From a virus (lineage: Duplodnaviria; Caudoviricetes), in IMG/VR virus record IMGVR_UViG_3300032260_000011, positions 1-34,917 of that record: a stretch of DNA of 34,917 nucleotides; one strand, 5' to 3'. This document shows, piece by piece, positions 9,338 to 17,183 of this stretch (positions are counted from its first letter, which is position 1; the number at the start of each line of letters is the position of its first letter). The position numbers and the translations under genes are program-made. The notes under the pieces were generated by a model. That model saw only the letters and a list, made by a program, of their open reading frames with translations, was not told where the DNA came from and did not search any database.

Positions 9338-9853
9338 CTAAGACACCTTTCTGTGGGCCTCAAGATGGCAAAACAGGTTTTCTATTTCTCTGTGCCATTC
9401 ATCTTTTATATTCATAGCTGGTTTTGTTTTTTCGTAAAATTCTCTTGGGTTGTCACCAAACTTATAGCTCATGGCAATCCAATCAATCACCATGTGGACG
9501 ATGTCATTATAAGTTCCCACCGTCTCATGGTGATGAGGGTTGCTTGCCTTATGGTTCTCCCATGCCTCATCGAATCCACTGTTTTTCTTGTCCTCTGGGG
9601 TTACTGGATAGAAGTTGTCCCTATACTGCACAAACTCATCTTTGCTTAGTTTTGAGAGATCATGCCTCTCAACCTCAGCTCTGATTGTGTGCCATGCGAA
9701 ATCATCGCCTACCCACCACTCTTTCCCATCACACGCTAGCGATAGCTCATCAAATGCTTTGGCTACGTTTTGAACATGCTCCTCTACATAGTCCAAGTAT
9801 TGCCGGGTTGCATCTATGTAATCCTGTACCTGCATTCTGTCTATAAAAGCCAT
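9338..9853 (-). CDS. cassette 1 ORF: HD-like metal-binding protein (DUF5662-like)
   Basis: EH...HDLSK...AWENHKASNPHHHE...MVIDW; GGAG RBS. Confidence 0.7.
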   Translation of the reverse strand: MAFIDRMQVQDYIDATRQYLDYVEEHVQNVAKAFDELSLACDGKEWWVGDDFAWHTIRAEVERHDLSKLSKDEFVQYRDNFYPVTPEDKKNSGFDEAWENHKASNPHHHETVGTYNDIVHMVIDWIAMSYKFGDNPREFYEKTKPAMNIKDEWHREIENLFCHLEAHRKVS

Positions 9854-9876
9854 AATCAAATTATCTCCATGTAGCC

Positions 9877-9963
9877 ATATAACAAAGCAAATCCACCGGA
9901 GTGCTTCGTCATTAGTTGTTTAAATTGGCACCGAGCGCACCCGGTGATTATGCAACGTTATGC
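9877..9963 (+). repeat. attC-like site 1
   Basis: R'' ATATAAC, L'' AATCCACC, L' GGTGATT, R' GTTATGC; imperfect palindrome with extra C in L''. Confidence 0.8.
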
Positions 9964-10167
9964 AGTAAACAATCCGGCATAGTTAGCCCAGAAATATATC
10001 TGGTATGCTAATGCCGGTGTGGAAATGTAGGTATTCGTGAATCCGTGATTCCATATGTGCAGTATCGGCACTGGGGTTTTCATCTCATTGCCAGCGCAAA
10101 TTGAGATAAACTTAAAAAAGAAGTGCAGCGAAATAGTTGCGCTCAAAACAAAAAGTAATGTTTGCAT
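9958..10167 (-). CDS. cassette 2 ORF: small membrane protein
   Basis: Two hydrophobic segments; ATG lies in R'' of attC2 and TAA in R' of attC1. Confidence 0.7.
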   Translation of the reverse strand: MQTLLFVLSATISLHFFFKFISICAGNEMKTPVPILHIWNHGFTNTYISTPALAYQIYFWANYAGLFTA

Positions 10168-10265
10168 AACAATTAGCTCCAGCGGACAGTCAAACGCCGT
10201 CCGGGTTTGTGGTTAATTTATGGCTCAGTGTTGGCGTTTGTCTGCCGCTGAGCATGGCGTTAGAT
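10164..10265 (+). repeat. attC-like site 2
   Basis: R'' GCATAAC, L'' GCTCCAGC then GGAC, inner stem CAAACGCC/GGCGTTTG, L' GCTGAGC, R' GTTAGAT. Confidence 0.88.
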
Positions 10266-10457
10266 TGCATCAAACTCTTCTTCTAGCTTTTGTAGTTCAG
10301 CAGCCAGCCATTCTCGCTTTTCACCCAAATGGCGCTTAAACATGTCATCCGGCACGTTCATCCAATTTCTTTCATCACGCAGCCCATCAAGCGTGCTTTT
10401 GTAATCATCCATTCTGCTCTTTAATAATTTTGCCTTTTTAAACAATTCATTTTTCAT
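10260..10457 (-). CDS. cassette 3 ORF: small coiled-coil protein
   Basis: GGAGG RBS; stop in R' of attC2. Confidence 0.75.
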   Translation of the reverse strand: MKNELFKKAKLLKSRMDDYKSTLDGLRDERNWMNVPDDMFKRHLGEKREWLAAELQKLEEEFDAI

Positions 10458-10480
10458 TTCGTGCCTCCGTTATGGGCGCA

Positions 10481-10570
10481 ATCTAACAACGGCAATCAAG
10501 CGGTGACGTGTTTGTCATCCGCACATTTAATCAAAATGTCTGCACACGCAGCTTATTGCCCACATTAGGT
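10481..10570 (+). repeat. attC-like site 3 (core mutated to ATTAGGT)
   Basis: R'' ATCTAAC, L'' AATCAAGC, L' GCTTATT, R' ATTAGGT. Confidence 0.78.
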
Positions 10571-10876
10571 GTAGTCCCGCATCATGCTCTCAGTAATGAA
10601 ATAGGCGTACTGCTGCGGCCTATTTTCGGCAACCCATTTCAAGAGTTGTTCCAAATCAACTTCTGTGCAGTTATATCCGGCTTCGTTTTTTGCATGTATT
10701 ACCTCTCTACCAAAACCTTCCCACTCTTCTTCTGGCTCGTGGTGGGCGTATTTTCCAGTAGTCTTTCTAATTGACACTTCCATTTCTTCTGCGTATTCGG
10801 TAACTCCACACATAACAATCGGCTCAACCTGACCCGCTGCTTCGGTAGTTGAGTTTTGTCTCTGTTCATCTTTCAT
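10565..10876 (-). CDS. cassette 4 ORF: hypothetical protein, probable start inside attC4 loop
   Basis: AGGGGA RBS before ATG at 10876 (ORF track extends to 10903); stop in R' of attC3. Confidence 0.65.
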   Translation of the reverse strand: MKDEQRQNSTTEAAGQVEPIVMCGVTEYAEEMEVSIRKTTGKYAHHEPEEEWEGFGREVIHAKNEAGYNCTEVDLEQLLKWVAENRPQQYAYFITESMMRDYT

Positions 10877-10930
10877 CTTGGGTGTCCCCTGTGTTCTATT
10901 CACGCGGGCAAGTTAGCCTAAGCGTTATAA
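10810..10930 (+). repeat. attC-like site 4
   Basis: R'' ACATAAC, L'' GCTCAACC then TGAC, stem CCGC/GCGG, L' AGTTAGC, R' GTTATAA. Confidence 0.8.
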
Positions 10931-10933
10931 TGC

Positions 10934-10961
10934 ACTATAACATATAACGCGTTAACATCAA
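10934..10961 (-). promoter_or_regulatory. putative sigma70 promoter reading leftward into array 1
   Basis: TTGATG-16 nt-TATAGT with extended -10 TG on the minus strand. Confidence 0.5.
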
Positions 10962-11002
10962 GTGGTTTACCTATCCCCAACAGTTTGAATATCCCTAATA
11001 TC

Positions 11003-11031
11003 TTGACATTCTTATCAAAGACGACCAAAAT
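11003..11031 (+). promoter_or_regulatory. possible promoter for capsid gene
   Basis: TTGACA-17 nt-CAAAAT (weak -10). Confidence 0.3.
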
Positions 11032-11135
11032 TACTATTGATACCGAATGCTGGCCGGTGAGATGCCGGAAAGCATAGGCTAGTGGGATGCTGGACATCGG
11101 AAACGTGAAAGTTAACCCGACAACAGGAGGACATT

Positions 11136-12317
11136 ATGTCCGATCCCACTATGGCCGATGTAATGAGCGGCGTAAAAGAACTCCGCGAAGAGTTTGAAAA
11201 GAAATCACCCGATTTCGAGAAAATCAACAAGATTGAAGCTGATCTTGAGAAGCATGAAGAGAAAAACCAGGAGCTACTTGCCGAAGTAAAGCAGAGCGAG
11301 AAGCGTGAGGAAGAGATGAAAGAGCGCATGGATGTGCTAGAAACTGAACTAGCCCGTTCAGGCGCTGGTGAAGGCAAGAATTACAAAGAGTCTGAAGAGT
11401 ACAAAGCTCTTGATCTATTTGTAAAGCAAGGCGCGTATGCCATTACCCAAGAACAGAAAGCAATTCTCCGTACTGATAGTGATGTACAGGGCGGTTTCTT
11501 GGTGCCTGTTGAGATGGATAACGCCATTACAAAGAAGATCACCGAGATTTCAAATATTCGGTCTATTGCTCGAGTTCGCACCATTGGTGCTAAATCCCTA
11601 GAAGTACCGGTACGCAACACTATTCCTGCTGCAACCTATGAAGGCGAAGCAGAAGAGGGTGGCGAAGATACCAGCACATACCAGAATGAAACCCTAACGG
11701 CTTTCCGCCAGACCGTCACCATTCCTATTACTCAGGATATGTTGATGGATGCGGCATTCAATATGGAATCCGAGATCATGGGCGATGGTGGTGAATCTTT
11801 TGCTCAGGGCGAAGGTGCTGCATTTGTCGTAGGCACTGGGTTTAAACAGCCTGAAGGCTTTACCGTTGATTCGCGCACTGTAGCAGCTGCACGCACATCT
11901 GCATCATCAGGCACCGTTGGGTTTGATGACATTATGAACCTGACTGGTGATCTGAAGACTGGTTACAATCCTGTTTACGTGTTCAATCGCACCACTCTAG
12001 CCTTTCTGCGCACCCTCAAGGGCGGTGATGGGCATCCGTTGTGGCAGCCAGGAATGAATGGCGTAGTGATGAACACCATCAACGGCTTCCCTTACCTAAT
12101 CGCCAATGATATGCCTGATATCGCAAGTACTACCATTCCGGTAGCATTTGGCGACTTCGCACGTGGTTACACCATTATTGACCGTACCGGAATGGCCGTG
12201 ATTCGTGATGAGGTAACTCAGAAGAAGAAGGCAATCGTAGAATTCACCTTGCAGCGTTGGAATACTGGTCAGGTTACTCTGCCAGAAGCCATCAAACTGC
12301 TAAAAGTTAAAGCTTAA
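11136..12317 (+). CDS. major capsid protein (HK97 fold, N-terminal coiled-coil delta domain)
   Basis: GGFLVP, LKGGDGHPLWQPG, VAFGDFARGYTIIDR, EAIKLLKV; AGGAGG RBS. Confidence 0.95.
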   Translation: MSDPTMADVMSGVKELREEFEKKSPDFEKINKIEADLEKHEEKNQELLAEVKQSEKREEEMKERMDVLETELARSGAGEGKNYKESEEYKALDLFVKQGAYAITQEQKAILRTDSDVQGGFLVPVEMDNAITKKITEISNIRSIARVRTIGAKSLEVPVRNTIPAATYEGEAEEGGEDTSTYQNETLTAFRQTVTIPITQDMLMDAAFNMESEIMGDGGESFAQGEGAAFVVGTGFKQPEGFTVDSRTVAAARTSASSGTVGFDDIMNLTGDLKTGYNPVYVFNRTTLAFLRTLKGGDGHPLWQPGMNGVVMNTINGFPYLIANDMPDIASTTIPVAFGDFARGYTIIDRTGMAVIRDEVTQKKKAIVEFTLQRWNTGQVTLPEAIKLLKVKA

Positions 12318-12327
12318 GGAGGCTGAC

Positions 12328-12738
12328 ATGGCTGAATTTGACCTACATTCAAATGTAAAGCAGGAAGTTGCCCTGGATGCCCAGGACATTACTACCGATA
12401 CCACTACTGTTGGTAATATCATTGATACTCGTGGTTTTGAGTCCCTTGAGTATTTTATCCAATCAGGAACTATCACTGATGGCGCTTATGCTCTGAAACT
12501 GGAGCAGGGAGATGACTCTGCATTGGCTGATGCCGCAGATGTTCCAACTGCTGAGGTCTTGGGTGTTCTAACGGGCTTTGTGGCTGCTGATGATGATGCC
12601 GCTAAGCGTGTTGGTTCGATTGGAAAGAAGCGCTACCAGCGTCTTTCCATCGTATCCACAAGCACCTCAACAGGTGGAACTAAGTTCTCATCTGTGGCGG
12701 TACTGGGTAATCCACAATCTGCTCCTACTGACGAGTGA
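12328..12738 (+). CDS. putative capsid decoration/cement protein
   Basis: Follows MCP with AAGGAGG RBS; IIDTRGFES...GKKRYQRL motif. Confidence 0.65.
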   Translation: MAEFDLHSNVKQEVALDAQDITTDTTTVGNIIDTRGFESLEYFIQSGTITDGAYALKLEQGDDSALADAADVPTAEVLGVLTGFVAADDDAAKRVGSIGKKRYQRLSIVSTSTSTGGTKFSSVAVLGNPQSAPTDE

Positions 12739-12743
12739 TAGCT

Positions 12744-12769
12744 AAGGGGAGGTCTTCGGGCCTCCCTTT
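12744..12769 (+). terminator. intrinsic terminator-like hairpin after capsid genes
   Basis: AAGGGGAGGTC-TTCG-GGCCTCCCTTT. Confidence 0.7.
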
Positions 12770-12784
12770 AATTGAGGGTAGCTA

Positions 12785-13042
12785 ATGACAACCAAGATTA
12801 AAATCAGATTTCTTGTGCCAGGAACATGGGGCGATGAGCCGCAGGACCCTATCTTTGACGTAGAGGCCGGTGAGGAGCGCGAAGTAACTCCACGCCTTGC
12901 TAAAGATGCAACTGATGCAGGTAAGGCTGAATACGTTAGAGAGAAGCAGAAGCCTGGGCCAAAGCCTAAAGCAGAAGAACGTAAAAAGCCTGGGCGTAAG
13001 CCTAAAGCTGGCCCTGTAGAAAAAGCTGAAGGTAATGGCTGA
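12785..13042 (+). CDS. hypothetical protein with Lys/Pro-rich tail
   Basis: Duplicated KPGxKPKA; GAGG RBS. Confidence 0.7.
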   Translation: MTTKIKIRFLVPGTWGDEPQDPIFDVEAGEEREVTPRLAKDATDAGKAEYVREKQKPGPKPKAEERKKPGRKPKAGPVEKAEGNG

Positions 13043-13592
13043 TTGTATTTACCGTTTCGTTTCAGAGAAAGCTTCGCCGGTTACATTGGCGGTAATGAAG
13101 TCATATCTGAAAGTTACCGCAACAGCTGATGATAAGCTGATTCAATCAATGATTGACGCGGCTACTAAATGGGGCGAGAAATACACAGGGCGAGACTTCA
13201 GAGCTATTACATGGGAGCTTTTGTTGGATGGGTTCACAGATCGTATTGAGTTAAGACGTGATCCTGTAGATTCGATCATAACTGTAAAGCATCTCGTTAG
13301 CGCTAGCCTTGTGACTGTAGATGCGCCTACTTATTACCTGAAAAAGCTTACTCAATCTTCTGAGGTGCTGTTAAACGAGGATCAAGAGTGGCCAACAGAT
13401 ACAGATGATCGAGAGCAGGCCATAGAGATACGGTTTGTAACAACTGGGTATCAATGTCAGGACTCAATCATTGAAGCAGTCGAGCGGCATGTGGCATGGT
13501 GGTATAGGAATAGGGGTGATTGCTGTAATGAATCAGCAAAGAACTCTGGCGTAACCATCATATATGATCAATTTAGAATATCGAGAGTTTAG
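13035..13592 (+). CDS. head-tail connector/adaptor (gp6-like)
   Basis: PVTLAVMKSYLKV...DDKLIQSMIDAA...EKYTGR...WWYRNRG. Confidence 0.85.
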   Translation: MADCIYRFVSEKASPVTLAVMKSYLKVTATADDKLIQSMIDAATKWGEKYTGRDFRAITWELLLDGFTDRIELRRDPVDSIITVKHLVSASLVTVDAPTYYLKKLTQSSEVLLNEDQEWPTDTDDREQAIEIRFVTTGYQCQDSIIEAVERHVAWWYRNRGDCCNESAKNSGVTIIYDQFRISRV

Positions 13593-13603
13593 GGGTAAAA
13601 ATT

Positions 13604-14047
13604 ATGAGCGGTGAAAGTGTACTTAACTATTTTGAGCAGCCTGGTAGTGATCTGGATAATAAGCTTGTTCTTGGCGGTTCTGTTGAGACTACCGGTGGAG
13701 CTGATTTAAAGACCAAGCTTGTTACTGTGGCAATTGGCGATATATCAGCGGCTGGGAGCGTTTGGGTTGTTCCTGGAGTTGCCGGAACTATCGTTAAAAT
13801 CAGCAATGTAATTGATGGTGCTATTACTGGTGCAGCCGCAGGACTAACATTCGAGATTGGCGGAACAGCCGTAACAGATGCTGCTATTTCTATCGTAGTT
13901 AGTGGGTCTGCTGCTGGTGTTGTTGATCAGTCGACACCTACTGCATTGAATGTAATCACCGCTGCTGAGGCTATTGAGATTGTAAAGGATGGCGCGAGTA
14001 CTGGCGTTTCTAACGGCGTTGTAACTTTCGAGATTCTGCCTAGCTGA
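13604..14047 (+). CDS. putative virion accessory protein
   Basis: Gly/Ala/Val-rich beta composition, within head-tail module. Confidence 0.65.
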   Translation: MSGESVLNYFEQPGSDLDNKLVLGGSVETTGGADLKTKLVTVAIGDISAAGSVWVVPGVAGTIVKISNVIDGAITGAAAGLTFEIGGTAVTDAAISIVVSGSAAGVVDQSTPTALNVITAAEAIEIVKDGASTGVSNGVVTFEILPS

Positions 14048-14048
14048 T

Positions 14049-14468
14049 ATGGTTGATACCGTACAAGTATTGCTTGTTGAGGATGAGTGGGCAGAAATAG
14101 CAAGAGGTGATTTTTCTGGCTATATCTCCAACAATACAGAGCACACTTTACGGTATCGATTAGGTGAGCAACAACCTGCTGATGATGACTGTTTTGGGCA
14201 TAGGCTGCACCCTCAAGACCGTGTTCCGTTTACCGTTGGAGATGGAACAAGCCTGTGGGCAAGAGGATTTAGCGCACAATCATCAATTGCATTAACAAGA
14301 GGAAAGTGTGGCGCTGAGCTGGTTGTTGCTGGCGAAACATTTCCGGTAAATCAGGATGGATTGGAGGATACTTTGAGGCGAATTGAAAAACAATTAAGGA
14401 TTGCCAATGTTCACCTGTCTTCAATGAGCGGTCAATGCGTTAGCAGCGAGGACGTGATTAATGGCTGA
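14049..14468 (+). CDS. hypothetical protein
   Basis: Tightly packed in operon. Confidence 0.65.
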   Translation: MVDTVQVLLVEDEWAEIARGDFSGYISNNTEHTLRYRLGEQQPADDDCFGHRLHPQDRVPFTVGDGTSLWARGFSAQSSIALTRGKCGAELVVAGETFPVNQDGLEDTLRRIEKQLRIANVHLSSMSGQCVSSEDVING

Positions 14469-15063
14469 GCAAATTAGAGACGGTGAAGGATCGGGGCGTT
14501 TAGCTGGGGTTGACAAGAATCATCGGCTAAAAACCAATGCTCAGTCAAATTTTGCTGAAGAGATCGCCGCTCAAAATGAGAGGGCATATATCCTTCATGG
14601 TGAGTGCCATCTTTCTGCGTCTGCAAATGGCGGGTTTCTTGCCGTCAGAAATGACAGTACTGATGTATTGCTCGCAATATCACGCATTTATATTGACCCA
14701 CATTTGCTTAGTGGTGACTTAATTATTTATCAAGTAAAAAACCCTACCATATCGAATGGAACGGACATCAGCGAGACTGGAATCGTCAATAAAAATTACA
14801 CTTCAAGGCGCAGAATGATTGGCACCTTATGGATTTCCGATGGTTCTTCAGACTTGACATATACAGATGGCAGTAACTATCACGCATTCTCGGCGCAGTC
14901 ATTAACATCAAAACAGCGTGACATGAAAGGTACAAACATCATTGGGCAGAATGATGTATTACTTTTTGGATGGAAAACAGCTGATGGTAGTAATGCAGTA
15001 GATGGGGAAATCGTATCTTTCAGTGTTAATTTGTATGAAGTCCCTGTTGAGGAGATTGGATAA
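14461..15063 (+). CDS. putative virion accessory protein, paralogue group
   Basis: N-terminal IRDGEGSGRLAGV motif shared with next gene. Confidence 0.7.
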   Translation: MAEQIRDGEGSGRLAGVDKNHRLKTNAQSNFAEEIAAQNERAYILHGECHLSASANGGFLAVRNDSTDVLLAISRIYIDPHLLSGDLIIYQVKNPTISNGTDISETGIVNKNYTSRRRMIGTLWISDGSSDLTYTDGSNYHAFSAQSLTSKQRDMKGTNIIGQNDVLLFGWKTADGSNAVDGEIVSFSVNLYEVPVEEIG

Positions 15064-15623
15064 TGGGCTGGCCTATTGAAGATGGAAGAGGAACTGGAAA
15101 CAGGGCAAGAGTTAATACAGAGGGGCAGCTCGAAGTTTTAGCAGTTTCTATCCCTGAAGATCGGCATATAAATTCAGAACACGAAGCAGTTTGGTCGTTA
15201 CCTTTTGAGGGAATTGATCCAGTTGCGGCTGATGATTATTTTTTCTATATACAAAATACAGGTTCCAAAAATCTAGGTCTTACTGATTTTCGTATATCTT
15301 CTACAGTGGCTGGCACAGTAGAGATACATTACGTGACAGGAGTTCCTATTTTCACTGCTGGCGTTGATGTTGAGCCTGTTAGTAGATTCTTAGGAAGCAA
15401 TAATGATCTTGGTGCCATAGTTAAAACTGACACTGACACTACAGGATTGGTCAATGAAGGGGTTCTTTTTTATATAGATATAGATGTTGCTGGAAAGCTT
15501 GAGCATCTTAAAACATCATCAAATATTATCATTCCACCAGGGCAAGGGATCGCCATGTTATGGGATCAGGCGACCGGCATATTGAAGGGCGTGGTTAGCG
15601 TAGTTGAGTTACAGGAACCATAA
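15063..15623 (+). CDS. putative virion accessory protein, paralogue group
   Basis: N-terminal IEDGRGTGNRARV...GQL motif; TAATG coupling. Confidence 0.7.
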   Translation: MGWPIEDGRGTGNRARVNTEGQLEVLAVSIPEDRHINSEHEAVWSLPFEGIDPVAADDYFFYIQNTGSKNLGLTDFRISSTVAGTVEIHYVTGVPIFTAGVDVEPVSRFLGSNNDLGAIVKTDTDTTGLVNEGVLFYIDIDVAGKLEHLKTSSNIIIPPGQGIAMLWDQATGILKGVVSVVELQEP

Positions 15624-16051
15624 TGCCTGTTCAAGCAGAAATTATTGATCCAGCAACTGGACAAAAAGCCAGTGTTACACCGAGAGGTCAGCTTATTGTT
15701 GGTAGTATATCTTTCTCGGAGTCATTTATTGCCAATGTGGATACTGCTAATACGGCATTTAATTTGGTGTTACCAAAAGGTAATAAAAAATTTATTATTA
15801 CTGGCATAATATTAGTTGGTGACAAGAGTATAAATACAAATATAGATGCAGTTGTTATTATATATGAGTCTTCAACACTAGCTGGTATTGTAGAAGATAA
15901 CGCATTGTTAGATGTAAACGTTTCAAGGAGCACATCATTGCCAGTAATAGGGCTTAATTTGATCACTGAAAACGCAGCTAAATTTATTAATGTCAAATCA
16001 TCAGATGTTAATATTAAAGTAACGCTACTGGGATTTTATATCACCGAGTAA
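15623..16051 (+). CDS. putative virion accessory protein, paralogue group
   Basis: N-terminal IIDPATGQKASV...GQL motif; TAATG coupling. Confidence 0.7.
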   Translation: MPVQAEIIDPATGQKASVTPRGQLIVGSISFSESFIANVDTANTAFNLVLPKGNKKFIITGIILVGDKSINTNIDAVVIIYESSTLAGIVEDNALLDVNVSRSTSLPVIGLNLITENAAKFINVKSSDVNIKVTLLGFYITE

Positions 16052-16069
16052 CCAATGTGGAGTTTATAA

Positions 16070-16330
16070 ATGGCTGATCCTTTTTCCGAACATGAGTCTG
16101 GCCTTAGTTCACCAGCTACAAATGCGTTTGCAATCACGCCGCATGATACTAATGACCTTGCAACAACGCCAAGATTTTTAAATATTACGGTTGCTGGAAA
16201 TATCAAAGTAGATACTGTAGGCGGTGATACAGCAGTAGTGTTGGCAGTTCCTGTTGGCCGGTTCGACCTTCGTGCTACAAGGGTATATGCAACTGATACA
16301 ACAGCAACAGGTATTGTAGGGCTTTACTGA
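16070..16330 (+). CDS. head spike base protein (RcGTA Rcc01079-like)
   Basis: MADPF...LSSPA..AFAITP.D..DL...RVYATDTTATGIVGL. Confidence 0.75.
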   Translation: MADPFSEHESGLSSPATNAFAITPHDTNDLATTPRFLNITVAGNIKVDTVGGDTAVVLAVPVGRFDLRATRVYATDTTATGIVGLY

Positions 16331-16716
16331 TGCCTGTATGCAGTCAAATCAATCGCAAGCGTAGAAAGGTCTGCATTGGAGACTTAGATAGCTTGATAAC
16401 TCTAGAGAATAGAAATATTCAAGCGCCTGAGTTTGACGAGATTGATTATGATGAGGTCTTTGTTCCTAGCGCTACAGTTTGGGCGCTCCTCGAAACGGTA
16501 AGAGGCAAGACATTCTTTGATGGGGCAAATACAGAAGTAGATGTTACCCACTGGGTATATATTAATTATGATTCAACGGTAACAGCTGAGACATGGATTA
16601 AGCTTGAAGATAGCAGGCGGCTAGATATTTTAAGAGTAGAAAATTTAGATGAAAGATCTGAGTTTATGCTTTTGCATTGTGTAGACCGTGGAGCTGTCGA
16701 GGCATCAAAATCATGA
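16330..16716 (+). CDS. head closure/head-tail adaptor (SPP1 gp16-like)
   Basis: IGDL...ITLE...TVWA...VTH...ENLDER..F..L.C. Confidence 0.8.
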   Translation: MPVCSQINRKRRKVCIGDLDSLITLENRNIQAPEFDEIDYDEVFVPSATVWALLETVRGKTFFDGANTEVDVTHWVYINYDSTVTAETWIKLEDSRRLDILRVENLDERSEFMLLHCVDRGAVEASKS

Positions 16717-17183
16717 CCGTCAAATTCACAGCAAGCCGCCAGAATGACAAGGTATTTGGGCGCATAGAGAACATCGGAAAACTGACTAAACGCGGCCTTC
16801 GTCAAGGAATGTTTAAAGCTGGCCATACGCTTATATCTTCTGCCAATGAGGAGATACTGAGGGGCGTGAAAAGCGGTAAAACATACATCCGCAAAGATAG
16901 GAGAGGCCGCTGGCGTAGGCATATTGCATCGGCACCAGGCGAGACGCATGCAAATATGTCAGGGATGCTTCGCAGATCGTTAAGTTTTCAGTTAAGAGGA
17001 TCAAGTGAAATTGAGTTTGGGTATGGAGTGAGCAGCGGTAAAACGGCTCCAGACTATGCTGAATTTGTAGAATTTGGAACCTCGAAGATGAAGGCCAGGC
17101 CAAGCCTTAAAAACGCCTTAGAGGCTGAGCAAGGAAATCTTACACAACATTTTGAAAACGGGATTGTGAAGGAATTTAAGTGA
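16713..17183 (+). CDS. neck/tail completion protein (HK97 gp10-like); start at 16713 preferred over 16677
   Basis: HIASAPGE...G.LRRS...YAEFVEFGTSKMKARP; ATGA coupling. Confidence 0.85.
   Translation: MTVKFTASRQNDKVFGRIENIGKLTKRGLRQGMFKAGHTLISSANEEILRGVKSGKTYIRKDRRGRWRRHIASAPGETHANMSGMLRRSLSFQLRGSSEIEFGYGVSSGKTAPDYAEFVEFGTSKMKARPSLKNALEAEQGNLTQHFENGIVKEFK

Larger units (their letters stand above)
9273..10930 (+). mobile_element. integron-like cassette array 1 (attI-like site plus 4 cassettes, no intI in window)
   Basis: Four attC-like sites separating single-ORF units with complementary ends; cassettes 9330-9957, 9958-10259, 10260-10564, 10565-10924. Confidence 0.85.

Noticed and set aside
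8992-9684. + strand ORFs (8992-9417, 9353-9649, 9424-9684) that would give canonical cassette orientation
   Set aside because: They are shadows of - strand genes with RBSs and recognisable motifs, and they do not match the cassette boundaries
9877-10930. Regularly spaced repeats as a CRISPR array for the type IV module
   Set aside because: Units are 87-121 bp, divergent in sequence and separated by whole ORFs; they fit attC structure, not repeat-spacer structure
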